Of a stretch of DNA of 61,556 nucleotides, positions 19,204 to 28,915 are shown one piece after another. Source of the DNA: a virus (Duplodnaviria > Caudoviricetes); the IMG/VR virus record IMGVR_UViG_3300030012_003022, positions 1 to 61,556 of that record. The stretch is one strand, 5' to 3'. A model generated the notes under the pieces. That model saw only the letters and a list, made by a program, of their open reading frames with translations. It searched no databases and was not told where the DNA came from. The position numbers and the translations under genes are program-made. Each line of letters opens with the position of its first letter. Positions within the stretch are counted from its first letter, which is position 1.

Positions 19204-20516
19204 TTTACATTGTCGCTTTGTAGGTCGGGCATACCGAACCTACAAACCACACCCCTGCGACCTCTTCCTTCTTTGCGAGGAGTGAACTCCTCAAACCAAA
19301 TTTGCTGATTCAAATTTTCGTCAATCCATCTCTTAGCCGCTTGATAATCATTGTTAGTAATTAGTTTAGCAACATCTTTAATCAAAGATGAGCGAGGAAC
19401 ATCTTTATCCCAAAATGTAGTCTTAATCAAATGCACATCTTCATCCATTACATTACGACGCATTCGTAGACATTGTTCCAACAACTTATCCAACCTATCA
19501 TCCATTTCCACTTCAAGTATTCCGCCCTTCCATTCTCCCTTCATCATAGAATAACCGATAGCAAGTCTTCGGAACAAGTCACTCTCAAATGAGCGCACCG
19601 ATTCCTTCATTACCCAATCTTGGAACTCTTGCGAGAACCTTATTCCTTTAGGAGGATTCATTACAATATCCATCTGCCTGTCTATGAACCATGCTCTCAT
19701 GTCAATAATCTCGCTTGCTAAATACGCTCTCTCTTCGGGAGGCATAGACGCTTGTTTGTTCTGTGCTTCTTTGTATAGACGCTCTTTTTCTGCATCCATG
19801 AGAATATCAATAATGAAGAACCTACGGTCAAGACCGGACTCCAAATCCATACGACCATGTTGCGTTCCACCCCATATAGTGTAGCGAGTATTGTATTTCA
19901 CCCACCCGTCTCTCATACCTTTATTCACACGACCACTATCAAGTGAAGTCAGCAATTGATTCTTCATGTCTATACTGTGGTCTTTCTTATTCGCATCGGA
20001 GACCGATGAGAACTCTTCAAAACATAGGAAGCCACCGCACAACTCCCTTGCGAGAGGTCGGCCTACTATCTGTCCTTCGTCATTGACAGAACCGAACATA
20101 CCTGCCTCCGTGATAGAGTTTGAGCCAATCATTGTGCGAAAACCTATACCATTGAACCCTTCGGGATTCCAAAGGAGACCTGTATATTCCGCACAGAATA
20201 AATCAATCAATACATTCTTTCCCGAACCCTTAGCACCACGCATGATAATGTGTATTCTTGTATCTGCGATTCTCGATGATGGAGTATAGATAGGATATTC
20301 CGTGTGTCTTAGAGGGCAGTCTGCGATTACAAAACGATAGCCTTCGTCTCCCTCTCTCGGTGCAAAGTCGCACATACTACACTTGTTCACGGTATTAAAC
20401 AAGTGTGCGCCAATGCTCGATAGGAATACGGGAACTTTGTCCTCCATATCTATGATATAGTTTCTATCGCAAAAATCAAGAACTCTATCAAAAATATCCC
20501 CTGTCATTCTAATCAC
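19191..20516 (-). CDS. mcm: MCM-like replicative helicase (AAA+ core)
   Basis: Walker A GAKGSGKN, ITEAGMFGS, Walker B GGFLCFEEF, LLTSLDSGRV, Arg finger LDRRF. Confidence 0.75.
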   Translation of the reverse strand: MIRMTGDIFDRVLDFCDRNYIIDMEDKVPVFLSSIGAHLFNTVNKCSMCDFAPREGDEGYRFVIADCPLRHTEYPIYTPSSRIADTRIHIIMRGAKGSGKNVLIDLFCAEYTGLLWNPEGFNGIGFRTMIGSNSITEAGMFGSVNDEGQIVGRPLARELCGGFLCFEEFSSVSDANKKDHSIDMKNQLLTSLDSGRVNKGMRDGWVKYNTRYTIWGGTQHGRMDLESGLDRRFFIIDILMDAEKERLYKEAQNKQASMPPEERAYLASEIIDMRAWFIDRQMDIVMNPPKGIRFSQEFQDWVMKESVRSFESDLFRRLAIGYSMMKGEWKGGILEVEMDDRLDKLLEQCLRMRRNVMDEDVHLIKTTFWDKDVPRSSLIKDVAKLITNNDYQAAKRWIDENLNQQIWFEEFTPRKEGRGRRGVVCRFGMPDLQSDNVNWGG

Positions 20517-21307
20517 CCGAACATTCCGTTTGCATTTATATCTCTCTTGTTTTTAGTCTTCATTCTCGCCACTACTTCATTAGCCATCTTAGCCGCCTCA
20601 TTTGCTTCGGAAGAAGCCTTATCGTAAATACCTTTCGACCTTTTTATAGCACCAACGGTATTATATCCGTTCTTTTTGAGTAAGCCCAAAGCCTCTCTAA
20701 TGTGACTCTCATCATAGGAAAGGCTCTCCAACCTTGCACCGTGAGAAGGAATAATTAGTATCTTTGCACCTGCGCTTTCAACGCTGAACATGAAAGCGGG
20801 AAGCCAACCCCAAAGGGGTTGAAGCGAGTTATATGCTTCTTCTCCGCCAATATCTTCACCCTTTACGATAACGCATGAGTCAATCTCTTCTTCCATCATC
20901 CTGTCAAATGTATCGCTTGTCAAAACAAAGAAGTCTTTGACTCCGATATTAACAAGCATCTTCGCTATATCTCTCGCAGGAGGATAGTTGAATAGCCATG
21001 CGTTTTTCTGTTGGCCTATATCCTTACTTATGTGTGCGGGCGTTAATACTTCAACGATTAGGCAATTGTCATTTCTGTATATCGCCCAACCTGTAAAGCC
21101 CACTTCAAGGAAGGTATGCGGGCTTGAGTGTATATGCTTGCTCGTCATGTAGCCTATCGGCTCGCTATCCTTTACCATAGATGCGCCCACTACGGCAGGA
21201 ATATGGTCTGTGCCTACTGCATCGTATAGTATGGCTTGCGTGATGCCTTTAGGCTCACCATCAAACCATACAAAATCTGTTTCGTTTATTGTCTGTATCT
21301 CTCCCAT
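20513..21307 (-). CDS. Possible PAC2-family (proteasome assembly chaperone-like) protein
   Basis: Weak PAC2-like pattern: IGYMTSKH..P, AIYRND..LIV, A.DI...L..IGVK.FFVL. Confidence 0.3.
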   Translation of the reverse strand: MGEIQTINETDFVWFDGEPKGITQAILYDAVGTDHIPAVVGASMVKDSEPIGYMTSKHIHSSPHTFLEVGFTGWAIYRNDNCLIVEVLTPAHISKDIGQQKNAWLFNYPPARDIAKMLVNIGVKDFFVLTSDTFDRMMEEEIDSCVIVKGEDIGGEEAYNSLQPLWGWLPAFMFSVESAGAKILIIPSHGARLESLSYDESHIREALGLLKKNGYNTVGAIKRSKGIYDKASSEANEAAKMANEVVARMKTKNKRDINANGMFG

Positions 21308-21413
21308 GTATATACCTCATGTTGTGAAGACCTTATGAACCCCGTTATTATTTTCAAGCCCGTAGAAATAATTAAGAAAAATTAAATCGGGCTACGGGAT
21401 GCGATTCTAAATT

Positions 21414-21553
21414 ATTCTTTTTTCTTTCTTAAGAGTTAATCCTTTATTTATTAAATAAATAATAGTCGGACTTAAGTTTAATCTCTTAGGAAATAATACA
21501 AAATAAAATCGGTAGGCTCGCAGTCTTGCGTTTATTTTTTTCTCAATTCTTTC
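21414..21553 (-). repeat. AT-rich element, inverted copy of 39650-39792; candidate replication origin
   Basis: Its reverse complement aligns block by block with 39650-39792; contains inverted TTTCTTAAGAG / CTCTTAGGAAA boxes. Confidence 0.7.
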
Positions 21554-22355
21554 CTCCGATTTGAAAAATATATCTATCATACTCAAGACGGTCTCTTTCG
21601 CGTGAATACATACCTGCATTATCCTTGTTGGGTAATGTGTTGCTGACATCGTATGCTATCTCCGCCATGTGGTATGACATTCTCGTTATGTAGTTATTCA
21701 TATCTTTGAAACAATCCATTTCGGGATTGAAATAGCATTTTTGTGGCGCAATCCTATAATCCGCACCACAATTCGCGTGTATTATTGTTGATACCCGCCA
21801 CAATTGGGTTTTTATCTCTTGGACTATACATAACTGCGGGTGTTCTCCATAGATGTAAGAAGGACATCTTGTTCGCAAATCCTTGCTACTATAAGGCAAC
21901 CACATTTTTGCTATGCACCCTTCCGGTTTCCACCGCCAACCCTCTTCTTGCATAGTGCTATCGAGAACGCGAGAGGCTATGTATGCCTTTATCGCCTTCT
22001 TGGGTCGTGTATTAGGTATGATAAACTTCCTTTTATCATAGTTAAAACATACCCATTCAACCTGCGATTCATCTATTAGAGCCTGTATTTCCTTGTCGAA
22101 ACTATGAGGCAAGTCTAACTTGCCGAGCATACCTGCCTGTATCATAGTGCGATACATATTAGGCTGAATCGCATCTAAGAACTCCCATATAGCATCGTAG
22201 CCGTCAAGCACTACATCAAATTCGTCTATACGCAAGTGTAGGTATGGTTTGAATCTACGACCTTTGGAGGTCTTTCTAAGGGCAATAAAATCTTCAACCA
22301 CGATGTCTTTTGGTTGCGATAATATGTATGCCCCTTCATACCTAAACGGTTGCAT
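21543..22355 (-). CDS. Hypothetical protein
   Basis: ~270-aa ORF; start placed at MQPFRY. Confidence 0.65.
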   Translation of the reverse strand: MQPFRYEGAYILSQPKDIVVEDFIALRKTSKGRRFKPYLHLRIDEFDVVLDGYDAIWEFLDAIQPNMYRTMIQAGMLGKLDLPHSFDKEIQALIDESQVEWVCFNYDKRKFIIPNTRPKKAIKAYIASRVLDSTMQEEGWRWKPEGCIAKMWLPYSSKDLRTRCPSYIYGEHPQLCIVQEIKTQLWRVSTIIHANCGADYRIAPQKCYFNPEMDCFKDMNNYITRMSYHMAEIAYDVSNTLPNKDNAGMYSRERDRLEYDRYIFQIGGKN

Positions 22356-22491
22356 TACTCCCACCGCCTATGTTTGCGTTTTTAATAAGCCTCTCAAGCA
22401 GGAAGTCAGCCGTTGGGTCATGTCCTGCGATTCTTAGCAATTGTATAGCGTCAAGTGCTACATTCAATACTTCTTCGTATTGAGGATTCAT
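22342..22491 (-). CDS. 49-aa hypothetical protein (not in ORF track)
   Basis: MNPQYEEVLNVALDAIQLLRIAG...; ATGA coupling with the upstream gene. Confidence 0.55.
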   Translation of the reverse strand: MNPQYEEVLNVALDAIQLLRIAGHDPTADFLLERLIKNANIGGGSNATV

Positions 22492-22826
22492 TCAATCATC
22501 TCCTTCCATGTTTCCGGTAAGCCTAATCCTTGTTCAAGTGCTTTCATTATTTCAACATGGTCGTTGCCATATCTAATCATTTCATCTAATGTTGAAAGAA
22601 CATCAAGTTGCTTCTTGTTCTCTTCACGCAATCGCTTGCCTTCTTCATCACATAATTTGATAGTCCATTCACGATTACCTATTATTTCACGCAATCGTTT
22701 GACTTCTTCAATCAAAGGAAACATTCTTGCTAATAGCGTATGCTCGTTTTCTTTATCGCCATAAAAGGCGTTAAACTCCAATTCTAATTCTTCTATGTCT
22801 ATCATCCAATTCCACTCCGGTTTCAT
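22488..22826 (-). CDS. Coiled-coil hypothetical protein
   Basis: Internal repeat EEVKRLRE / EEGKRLRE. Confidence 0.6.
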   Translation of the reverse strand: MKPEWNWMIDIEELELEFNAFYGDKENEHTLLARMFPLIEEVKRLREIIGNREWTIKLCDEEGKRLREENKKQLDVLSTLDEMIRYGNDHVEIMKALEQGLGLPETWKEMIE

Positions 22827-23035
22827 TCTTCCTCATCTCCTCCTTTCATAGGTCTGTGCCACTCCTGTAATCCATCATGTAGATACTCTAACAAATACAA
22901 ATCGCAACCATCAAAGTTAAGCCTACGGGCATATCTACCATCGGGTAGCAAGACAGTCTTCGACTCCTTGACTGCATACCACACACCATCCGGTGCAAGC
23001 ATTGTGTCTATGACGGGTATGTTGTATATGCTCAT
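22823..23035 (-). CDS. Hypothetical protein
   Basis: Coupled ORF. Confidence 0.6.
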   Translation of the reverse strand: MSIYNIPVIDTMLAPDGVWYAVKESKTVLLPDGRYARRLNFDGCDLYLLEYLHDGLQEWHRPMKGGDEEE

Positions 23036-23322
23036 GCTATTGCCTCCACTTGACTTATCAAATCCTTCAAAGTGTCTTCAAGAACACCTTGCACAGTCTC
23101 CGCATTGTCCTTTACTTCCTGTATTTGCGTTTCAACATTGAAGTCTAAATTGATAGCGCACAAGTCGTCTAATGCACTATTGATTTCATCAATCGCATTT
23201 AGGGCATCATCACATGCACTCATCAATTCATCAAGTGCTATCGCCTTGTCTTTCAATTCCTCGCAAAGTCCGTCTATATCTGTCACATTACTCACCCCCA
23301 TAGCCATACATAGGTGTATCAT
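23032..23322 (-). CDS. Acidic helical protein
   Basis: D/E-rich heptad pattern. Confidence 0.6.
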   Translation of the reverse strand: MIHLCMAMGVSNVTDIDGLCEELKDKAIALDELMSACDDALNAIDEINSALDDLCAINLDFNVETQIQEVKDNAETVQGVLEDTLKDLISQVEAIA

Positions 23323-23770
23323 CCTGTTTATGACCTGTCATTAGGTATGATGCTTCCTGTATGGTGTATCGCCTCTCACCCTTCATAGGCTCGTCAGTTT
23401 CCGCATAGTGTATGATAGCATTACCCACAAGTGGCATAATGTTCTCCAAGTGTAAGTCTACGAAAGACTTATTGTATTTTGCGAGAGTTGCTAAATGATT
23501 TGGTTCAAGACCAATTAGCAATCCTTCTTCATTAACAACGATGTCAAGGACATCTTGTTTCATTACTCGTAGGTATCTTAGATTATCTCCCATCTTCCTC
23601 GCCCTCTTTGTTGATTTTTTACAATTCACAAAGAAGTTAGACTTCTTTTCAGCGTGTGTATATTCTATGAGACCACCTACGAACTCTTGCATTTCTGCAA
23701 GAGTAGGTTCTTCATCCACTATCTTTTCTATTTCTCCACCTGTTCTTAAGAACAACCATTTTTCTTTCAT
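23288..23770 (-). CDS. DUF3846-like protein
   Basis: PTLAEMQEFVGGLIE, VNEEGLL.GL.PN..AT, LVGNA. Confidence 0.6.
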   Translation of the reverse strand: MKEKWLFLRTGGEIEKIVDEEPTLAEMQEFVGGLIEYTHAEKKSNFFVNCKKSTKRARKMGDNLRYLRVMKQDVLDIVVNEEGLLIGLEPNHLATLAKYNKSFVDLHLENIMPLVGNAIIHYAETDEPMKGERRYTIQEASYLMTGHKQDDTPMYGYGGE

Positions 23771-23991
23771 CTTTTCACCTTCCTATTTTTTATCTCCAAT
23801 TTACTAAGGAGTATTCCCATGTTATCTTCTATCTCACGGATAGCGGGTTCTACGACCACCTTCCACGCATTTACCTTCTCGATACCATGCTCGGTATCTA
23901 TGTATGCGATTTCTTCAATGAGTTGCGTAGCAATCTCAAGAGCCTTTATCGTCTTGCCGTATCTGTATTTCCTCATGTATATCACTCCCAA
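23767..23991 (-). CDS. Hypothetical protein
   Basis: Coupled ORF. Confidence 0.5.
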   Translation of the reverse strand: MGVIYMRKYRYGKTIKALEIATQLIEEIAYIDTEHGIEKVNAWKVVVEPAIREIEDNMGILLSKLEIKNRKVKR

Positions 23992-24650
23992 TACTCGTCT
24001 CCGTATGGGTCGTCGTCATAGTCGTCAATATCCTTCTTAGGATATTCAAGACCCATTTCCTGTTGTTTCTTTGCGATTCTATCTTCAACCTCTCCTAATG
24101 TGCATGTCTCATCAAACATACCATGTGTAGCATCTCCGGCTCGCCATTGAATACTCTCGTAGTAATTCACCAATGTAGGGTGTGCATCTGCCGCTAAAGC
24201 AATCGCACCTTCACTCTTTACGAAGTAATCCGGTGCAAGAGCCTCGCAAGTATCTGCAATTGTCTTTATCAAATGCGCTTCCCTTCGGAACTTTCTTTCT
24301 TCTTGCGTTTCTGTGATTATATTAAAATCAGCCGTCAGCGTGACTCCGTCTGCTTGTAAATTAGGTTCGCTTAACACTATGCGACTAATCAAAAGACTCT
24401 CCATGCTATGCACTACTTCCTGTGCATCTATGTTCTCTTGTGCAAGAATAGCCCTTGCTTGCTTGTTCAGCCTATGCAGTTCTCTTGCGCTTCTGTCTGT
24501 GATGTGGTTGAATACACTAACACCATTCTCGTCAAGGAATCCCTTATCTGTTTGCATAACACACGCCTGTTCGACCACAACCGTATGATAAAACATATAC
24601 GCCTCATCCTTATCCTTTACATTCACTTCTCCTTCTTTCCAATTGCTCAT
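23982..24650 (-). CDS. Hypothetical protein with an acidic tail
   Basis: 222-aa ORF with a GGAGTGA SD. Confidence 0.65.
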   Translation of the reverse strand: MSNWKEGEVNVKDKDEAYMFYHTVVVEQACVMQTDKGFLDENGVSVFNHITDRSARELHRLNKQARAILAQENIDAQEVVHSMESLLISRIVLSEPNLQADGVTLTADFNIITETQEERKFRREAHLIKTIADTCEALAPDYFVKSEGAIALAADAHPTLVNYYESIQWRAGDATHGMFDETCTLGEVEDRIAKKQQEMGLEYPKKDIDDYDDDPYGDEYWE

Positions 24651-24694
24651 TCATATCACTCCTGTTTTTCATCCTTAATACGGGTCTCCCCTAT

Positions 24695-25267
24695 TTATTT
24701 GTTTCCCTCACTATAAGCACCATTTTTGAGACGCTCAATCGCAGTATCATAATCCTTTTGCTTTATCACGCCCATATCCAAAAACTCTTTCAAGGTCTCG
24801 TCAATTTCAACAGTCCATCTAAAGCGAGAACGCAAACGATGGACTAAGAAACTAAAGTCCTCATACATCTTCTGTGTATGCTCATCCCATCCATTCACTT
24901 CTTGCATGTGTTCCCGAACCTGTTTGGCCGCACCTACCTTGAGACTGCGACCCAAATGTTTGACACAATGGCAGTAAGGACATAGTGCCTGTATGCCTTT
25001 CAATGTCTGTATATGTCTTATGTCGTCATAAGACCAAACCTCATGTGCTTCAACGGCATGTTTGCGATTTTGCGAAAATCCGTCTTGTCCACAAATCTCA
25101 CATTTATGTCCTGCTTGCTCATAACACCATTTGCGTAAGCGATTCCATCCCGAAGGCGGGAGAAGGCTACGCAAGTTTGCACCCCATGTTCCGGTAGGAA
25201 CTAACTCGGTTGAGAGTATGGGGAAGCGTATCTTGCCGTCTTTGTCCTCAAAGACTTTCAAGCACAT
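24695..25267 (-). CDS. HNH-type endonuclease
   Basis: ELVP..W..NLRS, CEICG, EAHEVW, LCPYCHCVKH; start placed at MCLKVF. Confidence 0.75.
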   Translation of the reverse strand: MCLKVFEDKDGKIRFPILSTELVPTGTWGANLRSLLPPSGWNRLRKWCYEQAGHKCEICGQDGFSQNRKHAVEAHEVWSYDDIRHIQTLKGIQALCPYCHCVKHLGRSLKVGAAKQVREHMQEVNGWDEHTQKMYEDFSFLVHRLRSRFRWTVEIDETLKEFLDMGVIKQKDYDTAIERLKNGAYSEGNK

Positions 25268-25706
25268 CACCCATAGCCTTCGCAACCTTGTCTTTGATGT
25301 CTTCAAAGGAGACATCAACAAGTTCTGTTTCTGTGTTGTTTGATGATTTAGGAATGAAAGTATTTCCGTCAATGAATTTAGGACTCTCAATCTTTGTTCG
25401 TATCTTTGGTCTTGCGAAGTTAGATGTCATTCTAACTTTTCTTACGGCCATGACTACGGGAGTAGCACACGCACTACATACATAACCTACATCTCCCCTG
25501 CTCATTCTTCTACCACAAGTAGGACATTCTCCTTCTTTTATGCTACCATCTAACCTCACATGGTAGTCCAAATGACTACCATTTGGGTGTTTGCACCTAA
25601 CTACAAAGTTAGGTGCATTAGGCACACATTGTATTAGCAATTGCTCATAGTCCTGCGGCACTTCATTCATCTGTTTCAATTCTCGTCGGTTCTCGTTCAT
25701 ATACAT
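25248..25706 (-). CDS. Zn-ribbon protein
   Basis: CPTC...CSAC. Confidence 0.6.
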   Translation of the reverse strand: MYMNENRRELKQMNEVPQDYEQLLIQCVPNAPNFVVRCKHPNGSHLDYHVRLDGSIKEGECPTCGRRMSRGDVGYVCSACATPVVMAVRKVRMTSNFARPKIRTKIESPKFIDGNTFIPKSSNNTETELVDVSFEDIKDKVAKAMGDVLESL

Positions 25707-25720
25707 ACCTCGTTTATTTA

Positions 25721-25741
25721 ATAGGGGCTTCTCATATTTAA
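25721..25741 (-). promoter_or_regulatory. Early-type promoter TTAAATA-N7-CCCCTAT, copy 1
   Basis: Three 21-bp copies with identical spacing, each upstream of a gene. Confidence 0.6.
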
Positions 25742-25947
25742 CTCAATGGGTTGTCATGCCCTCCTTGCGCCCATTGTAGTGCTTTTATCACGCCTCTCAA
25801 GGCGTTGTAATTCCTTACGCATTCTGCTCTCTCGCTTCTTGTGTTTGCATTACGCATGGCTTCATACCACTTCTCACGCAGTATAATAGCCTCTTGTTTC
25901 ATCTCCTCTAATTGTTCCCATGTCCTAATCATTATTTCCACCACCAA
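25738..25947 (-). CDS. Hypothetical protein
   Basis: Coupled helical ORF. Confidence 0.55.
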   Translation of the reverse strand: MVVEIMIRTWEQLEEMKQEAIILREKWYEAMRNANTRSERAECVRNYNALRGVIKALQWAQGGHDNPLS

Positions 25948-26432
25948 TTAGGGGCTTGTCTCCCCTTTTGCCACTTTGCGAATCTTGCTTTCTCATGTAG
26001 GTAATAGTTTCTGTATGCCATGACTGCGTCACCTTCGACCTTGTATTCGTCGGGCATACATTGAGCGAACTCGGTCAATTCCCCTTCGGGAATCATGTTC
26101 ATCATGTGGAACATCTGTTCGATACCATCAACGCAGTAATGCGATTTTCCAAATCTTCTTTCGTATTCTTCGCAAAGCATGGCTGCATGGAACGCAGCCC
26201 AAATGAAATTCTCTCTCGTATCACCTACCCAACGGGTAGCGGGGTGAAAATGATAACCACCTTTTAGGGGCGTGTTTGACTTTGTCAAAGGCATCTGCTC
26301 ATCTGTTGCGCCATGTCTGCGTAGTGCTGAACCCATTTGTTGATATAATTCGCATACCATTTTAGGCACATGCTTATCACAATACATCTTTGCGGCCTCC
26401 GTAGGGGATTTGTCAAGGACAAATATATTCAT
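25932..26432 (-). CDS. Pyrimidine-dimer DNA glycosylase (DenV-related) family protein
   Basis: MNIFVLD..P...A...CDKHVPKM..E..Q, HPATRW, EYERRFGK.H, QCMPDEYK, AYRNYY. Confidence 0.75.
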   Translation of the reverse strand: MNIFVLDKSPTEAAKMYCDKHVPKMVCELYQQMGSALRRHGATDEQMPLTKSNTPLKGGYHFHPATRWVGDTRENFIWAAFHAAMLCEEYERRFGKSHYCVDGIEQMFHMMNMIPEGELTEFAQCMPDEYKVEGDAVMAYRNYYLHEKARFAKWQKGRQAPNWWWK

Positions 26433-26602
26433 TCAATCACCCCTCCTTTCTTCGGGTGTCAAAAAGAAATTAGCATATTCGGGGTAGTCTCTTAGTATGG
26501 CTACTACTTTACTGTGCCAAGCATCACGCCAAGCACCATTGTTCCCACTATGTATGAGCGTGAAATACGCTCGTATAATAGTATCAAACTCGTCTTTTGT
26601 TA

Positions 26603-26884
26603 TCACTCTTCTTCACCTTCCCAATTGTCAGTTATCTTTGCGAACTGTTCCATAAATTCTTTATGGGAATGTAATTCTCTTAGTTCGCATAAGACTATGG
26701 AAGTTATACTTCTCAATACGCCTACCTTGTATGGATGGCCGTCGAAATCTTCGATTACATCACCTGCCTCTAAGGTATCGCATATCTCGCTTAGTATTTG
26801 TTCATACAAATCGTCGGCTTTTCTTTTCGCTCTTGCGTCTCTAACTTCTTTCATCAATTTTTTTGCTATTCCTTCTTCTTTCAT
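26603..26884 (-). CDS. Hypothetical protein
   Basis: Coupled ORF. Confidence 0.6.
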   Translation of the reverse strand: MKEEGIAKKLMKEVRDARAKRKADDLYEQILSEICDTLEAGDVIEDFDGHPYKVGVLRSITSIVLCELRELHSHKEFMEQFAKITDNWEGEEE

Positions 26885-27078
26885 GCTCTCGCCTCCATCA
26901 TTTTCTTTATCCTGTATGCAATCACTAATTCATTACATGAATCGCAAACTCTACCAGCAACCAAAGGTTGTCCGTTGTGTCCACTATCCCAATACATGAC
27001 GCGCTCACCCTCAAGGTTGGTCATGTATTTTTTCTCAATTTTGCCAAAGCATAAATCGCATATTTTTTCTTCGCTCAC
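26881..27078 (-). CDS. Small Zn-finger protein
   Basis: CDLC...GHN..P...GRVCDSCN. Confidence 0.65.
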   Translation of the reverse strand: MSEEKICDLCFGKIEKKYMTNLEGERVMYWDSGHNGQPLVAGRVCDSCNELVIAYRIKKMMEARA

Positions 27079-27293
27079 TCTTCCTCATCTCCAAATAATT
27101 CTTCGTTGCCGTAGCCGTTCTCATAGTCTTCTCGCAAGGCACTTTCATAATCAGCCATGCCTACATTGTAGGCTATCGGGTCTATCGTCTGTAATGCGAC
27201 TGACGGCAAGTAGGTATAACCTGCAATCTTCACCATCGGGTAGCATTCGTCTAACATCTCATCATACATTTCTTTCAGCAATTCTTCATTCAT
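27075..27293 (-). CDS. Acidic hypothetical protein
   Basis: YDEMLDE..P...DPIAY. Confidence 0.65.
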   Translation of the reverse strand: MNEELLKEMYDEMLDECYPMVKIAGYTYLPSVALQTIDPIAYNVGMADYESALREDYENGYGNEELFGDEEE

Positions 27294-27772
27294 TCTATCA
27301 CTTCTCCTAAAGCATCTCGCAACAGTTCCTTGACCTGTGCCGTAGTCATAGGCTTGCCTGTGCTACGCTCATTCCATGACCTTGTCATGGGTTTGCTATC
27401 GGTGTAGCCTTTGGCTACGGTTCTGTTGCGAGAATATTTTGCACCATGCCATGTGGCCGTAGTGTTGAGAACTTTGTTCCCTACGGGGCTTCGGTGTCTT
27501 TTTGCTTTGTAAGCATTCTGCTTACGAAGATACTCTTGATGCTTTGCATCATCATAATATGGAATACCTGTAATCACTTGTGATTCGGGGTAGTCTTCAA
27601 GGTCTGTAATACGCATAGCGCAAACCATCTTCAAGTCGTGGTCTTTGTAAAAGACTACATGCCTATACCCTTGACCGTTAGAATTGACACGCCACAAAAT
27701 AGGGTGTCCGTTCTCACATCTAAAAATTTCAGCGTTCTTCAATTGTCCGTCTTCATCATATCCTGCCATCAT
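27290..27772 (-). CDS. Hypothetical protein
   Basis: GGTGA SD with a promoter upstream. Confidence 0.65.
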   Translation of the reverse strand: MMAGYDEDGQLKNAEIFRCENGHPILWRVNSNGQGYRHVVFYKDHDLKMVCAMRITDLEDYPESQVITGIPYYDDAKHQEYLRKQNAYKAKRHRSPVGNKVLNTTATWHGAKYSRNRTVAKGYTDSKPMTRSWNERSTGKPMTTAQVKELLRDALGEVIE

Positions 27773-27798
27773 TCATCACCTGCATATATTACAAATAA

Positions 27799-27819
27799 AT
27801 AGGGGGTTTTGGTATTTAA
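27799..27819 (-). promoter_or_regulatory. Early-type promoter, copy 2
   Basis: TTAAATACCAAAACCCCCTAT. Confidence 0.6.
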
Positions 27820-27823
27820 CATT

Positions 27824-28054
27824 TTACTCCGACCTCCTGTCGCATACACATTCGCTACGCCACTCGCCACACCCATTACATAGGCGAGCCTTTGCATATC
27901 CAAGTGCCGCCTGTATCTTTGAGCGTATTGCACCCTCAAGATTGTCGCTTTTTGGTAGGCAGTCTAAAGCAAGCCTCAAGTATTTGCGAATATAATAACC
28001 TCCGGTAGGAGGTTGATTTTGGTTGATTACATCAGCCGTAAATGCGTTGCTCAA
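27824..28054 (-). CDS. Hypothetical protein with a Cys-rich C-terminus
   Basis: CNGC...CVC. Confidence 0.5.
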   Translation of the reverse strand: MSNAFTADVINQNQPPTGGYYIRKYLRLALDCLPKSDNLEGAIRSKIQAALGYAKARLCNGCGEWRSECVCDRRSE

Positions 28055-28326
28055 CAGACCGCCTCCTCTAAAGTCATTATCGCATTTTCAAGGCAAGTAT
28101 GCGCCTCATCTGCTTCTGTGTATGCTTGCTCAAGTGCTTCAACCGCTTCCGCAAGTGCTTCTCCAATGGGAGAAGCCTCAAGACCATTATCGCAAATGTT
28201 CTCATACTTTATCTGTTCTTCGGTTTCTCTTTCCTCAAGGAAAGCCCTAATGTCTTCAACCTGCGAGAGTATCTCTTGCAGTTCGCCTATTCTTTGCTCT
28301 ATCATTTTTCTGTCCTTTGCGTTCAC
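28051..28326 (-). CDS. Acidic helical-hairpin protein
   Basis: GTG start after an SD; E-rich helices. Confidence 0.6.
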   Translation of the reverse strand: MNAKDRKMIEQRIGELQEILSQVEDIRAFLEERETEEQIKYENICDNGLEASPIGEALAEAVEALEQAYTEADEAHTCLENAIMTLEEAVC

Positions 28327-28402
28327 TCTTCTTCACCTGCCTCATCCTTATCCGCTACGGGCAAACCTAATACACGGAAAATGTCCTTGAAAATTGGGTG
28401 GG

Positions 28403-28627
28403 TCATTGACCTCCCTCCTTTGCGAACTCTTCGATAAAGTCTTTGACTTTACCAATATCTACTGTGCCTTCGCCCCATTGGTAATTACATGCTTTTGCTA
28501 TATGCAAAAGTATGTCCGTGTCATACTCGCATGACACGGCATCAATGAAGCAACTTGTCAGTCCTCCATCTTGCGCGCAACCATATCCAATCATGTGCAA
28601 CATAATTTCAAATTTCTCATCATTCAT
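28403..28627 (-). CDS. Hypothetical protein
   Basis: Coupled ORF. Confidence 0.55.
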   Translation of the reverse strand: MNDEKFEIMLHMIGYGCAQDGGLTSCFIDAVSCEYDTDILLHIAKACNYQWGEGTVDIGKVKDFIEEFAKEGGQ

Positions 28628-28888
28628 TCAATAATCCCTCCTTCCGGAGTAAGGCAAATCGCAATCCTTAATCTCCCATACCATAGGTATGCTATCCAAT
28701 TCGGCTACGCTGAAATAACCCCATTCGGGGTATGTGCCTTGCACATACCCGAAGCATGTTCCATCGTCGTGTATCTCCGTTGCGAACCAATACCAACCGG
28801 ACATGGATTCCCAACCCTTCAAAACTTTGTTTTCATCTCCGTATGCTCGGAGGTATAATTCACCATTTTTCGTTATCAATTCAGTCAT
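28628..28888 (-). CDS. DUF2958-like protein
   Basis: WYWFATE...FGYV.G..EWGYFS..EL. Confidence 0.6.
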   Translation of the reverse strand: MTELITKNGELYLRAYGDENKVLKGWESMSGWYWFATEIHDDGTCFGYVQGTYPEWGYFSVAELDSIPMVWEIKDCDLPYSGRRDY

Positions 28889-28915
28889 TCTTCATCGTCT
28901 CCTGTTTCTCGGCCT

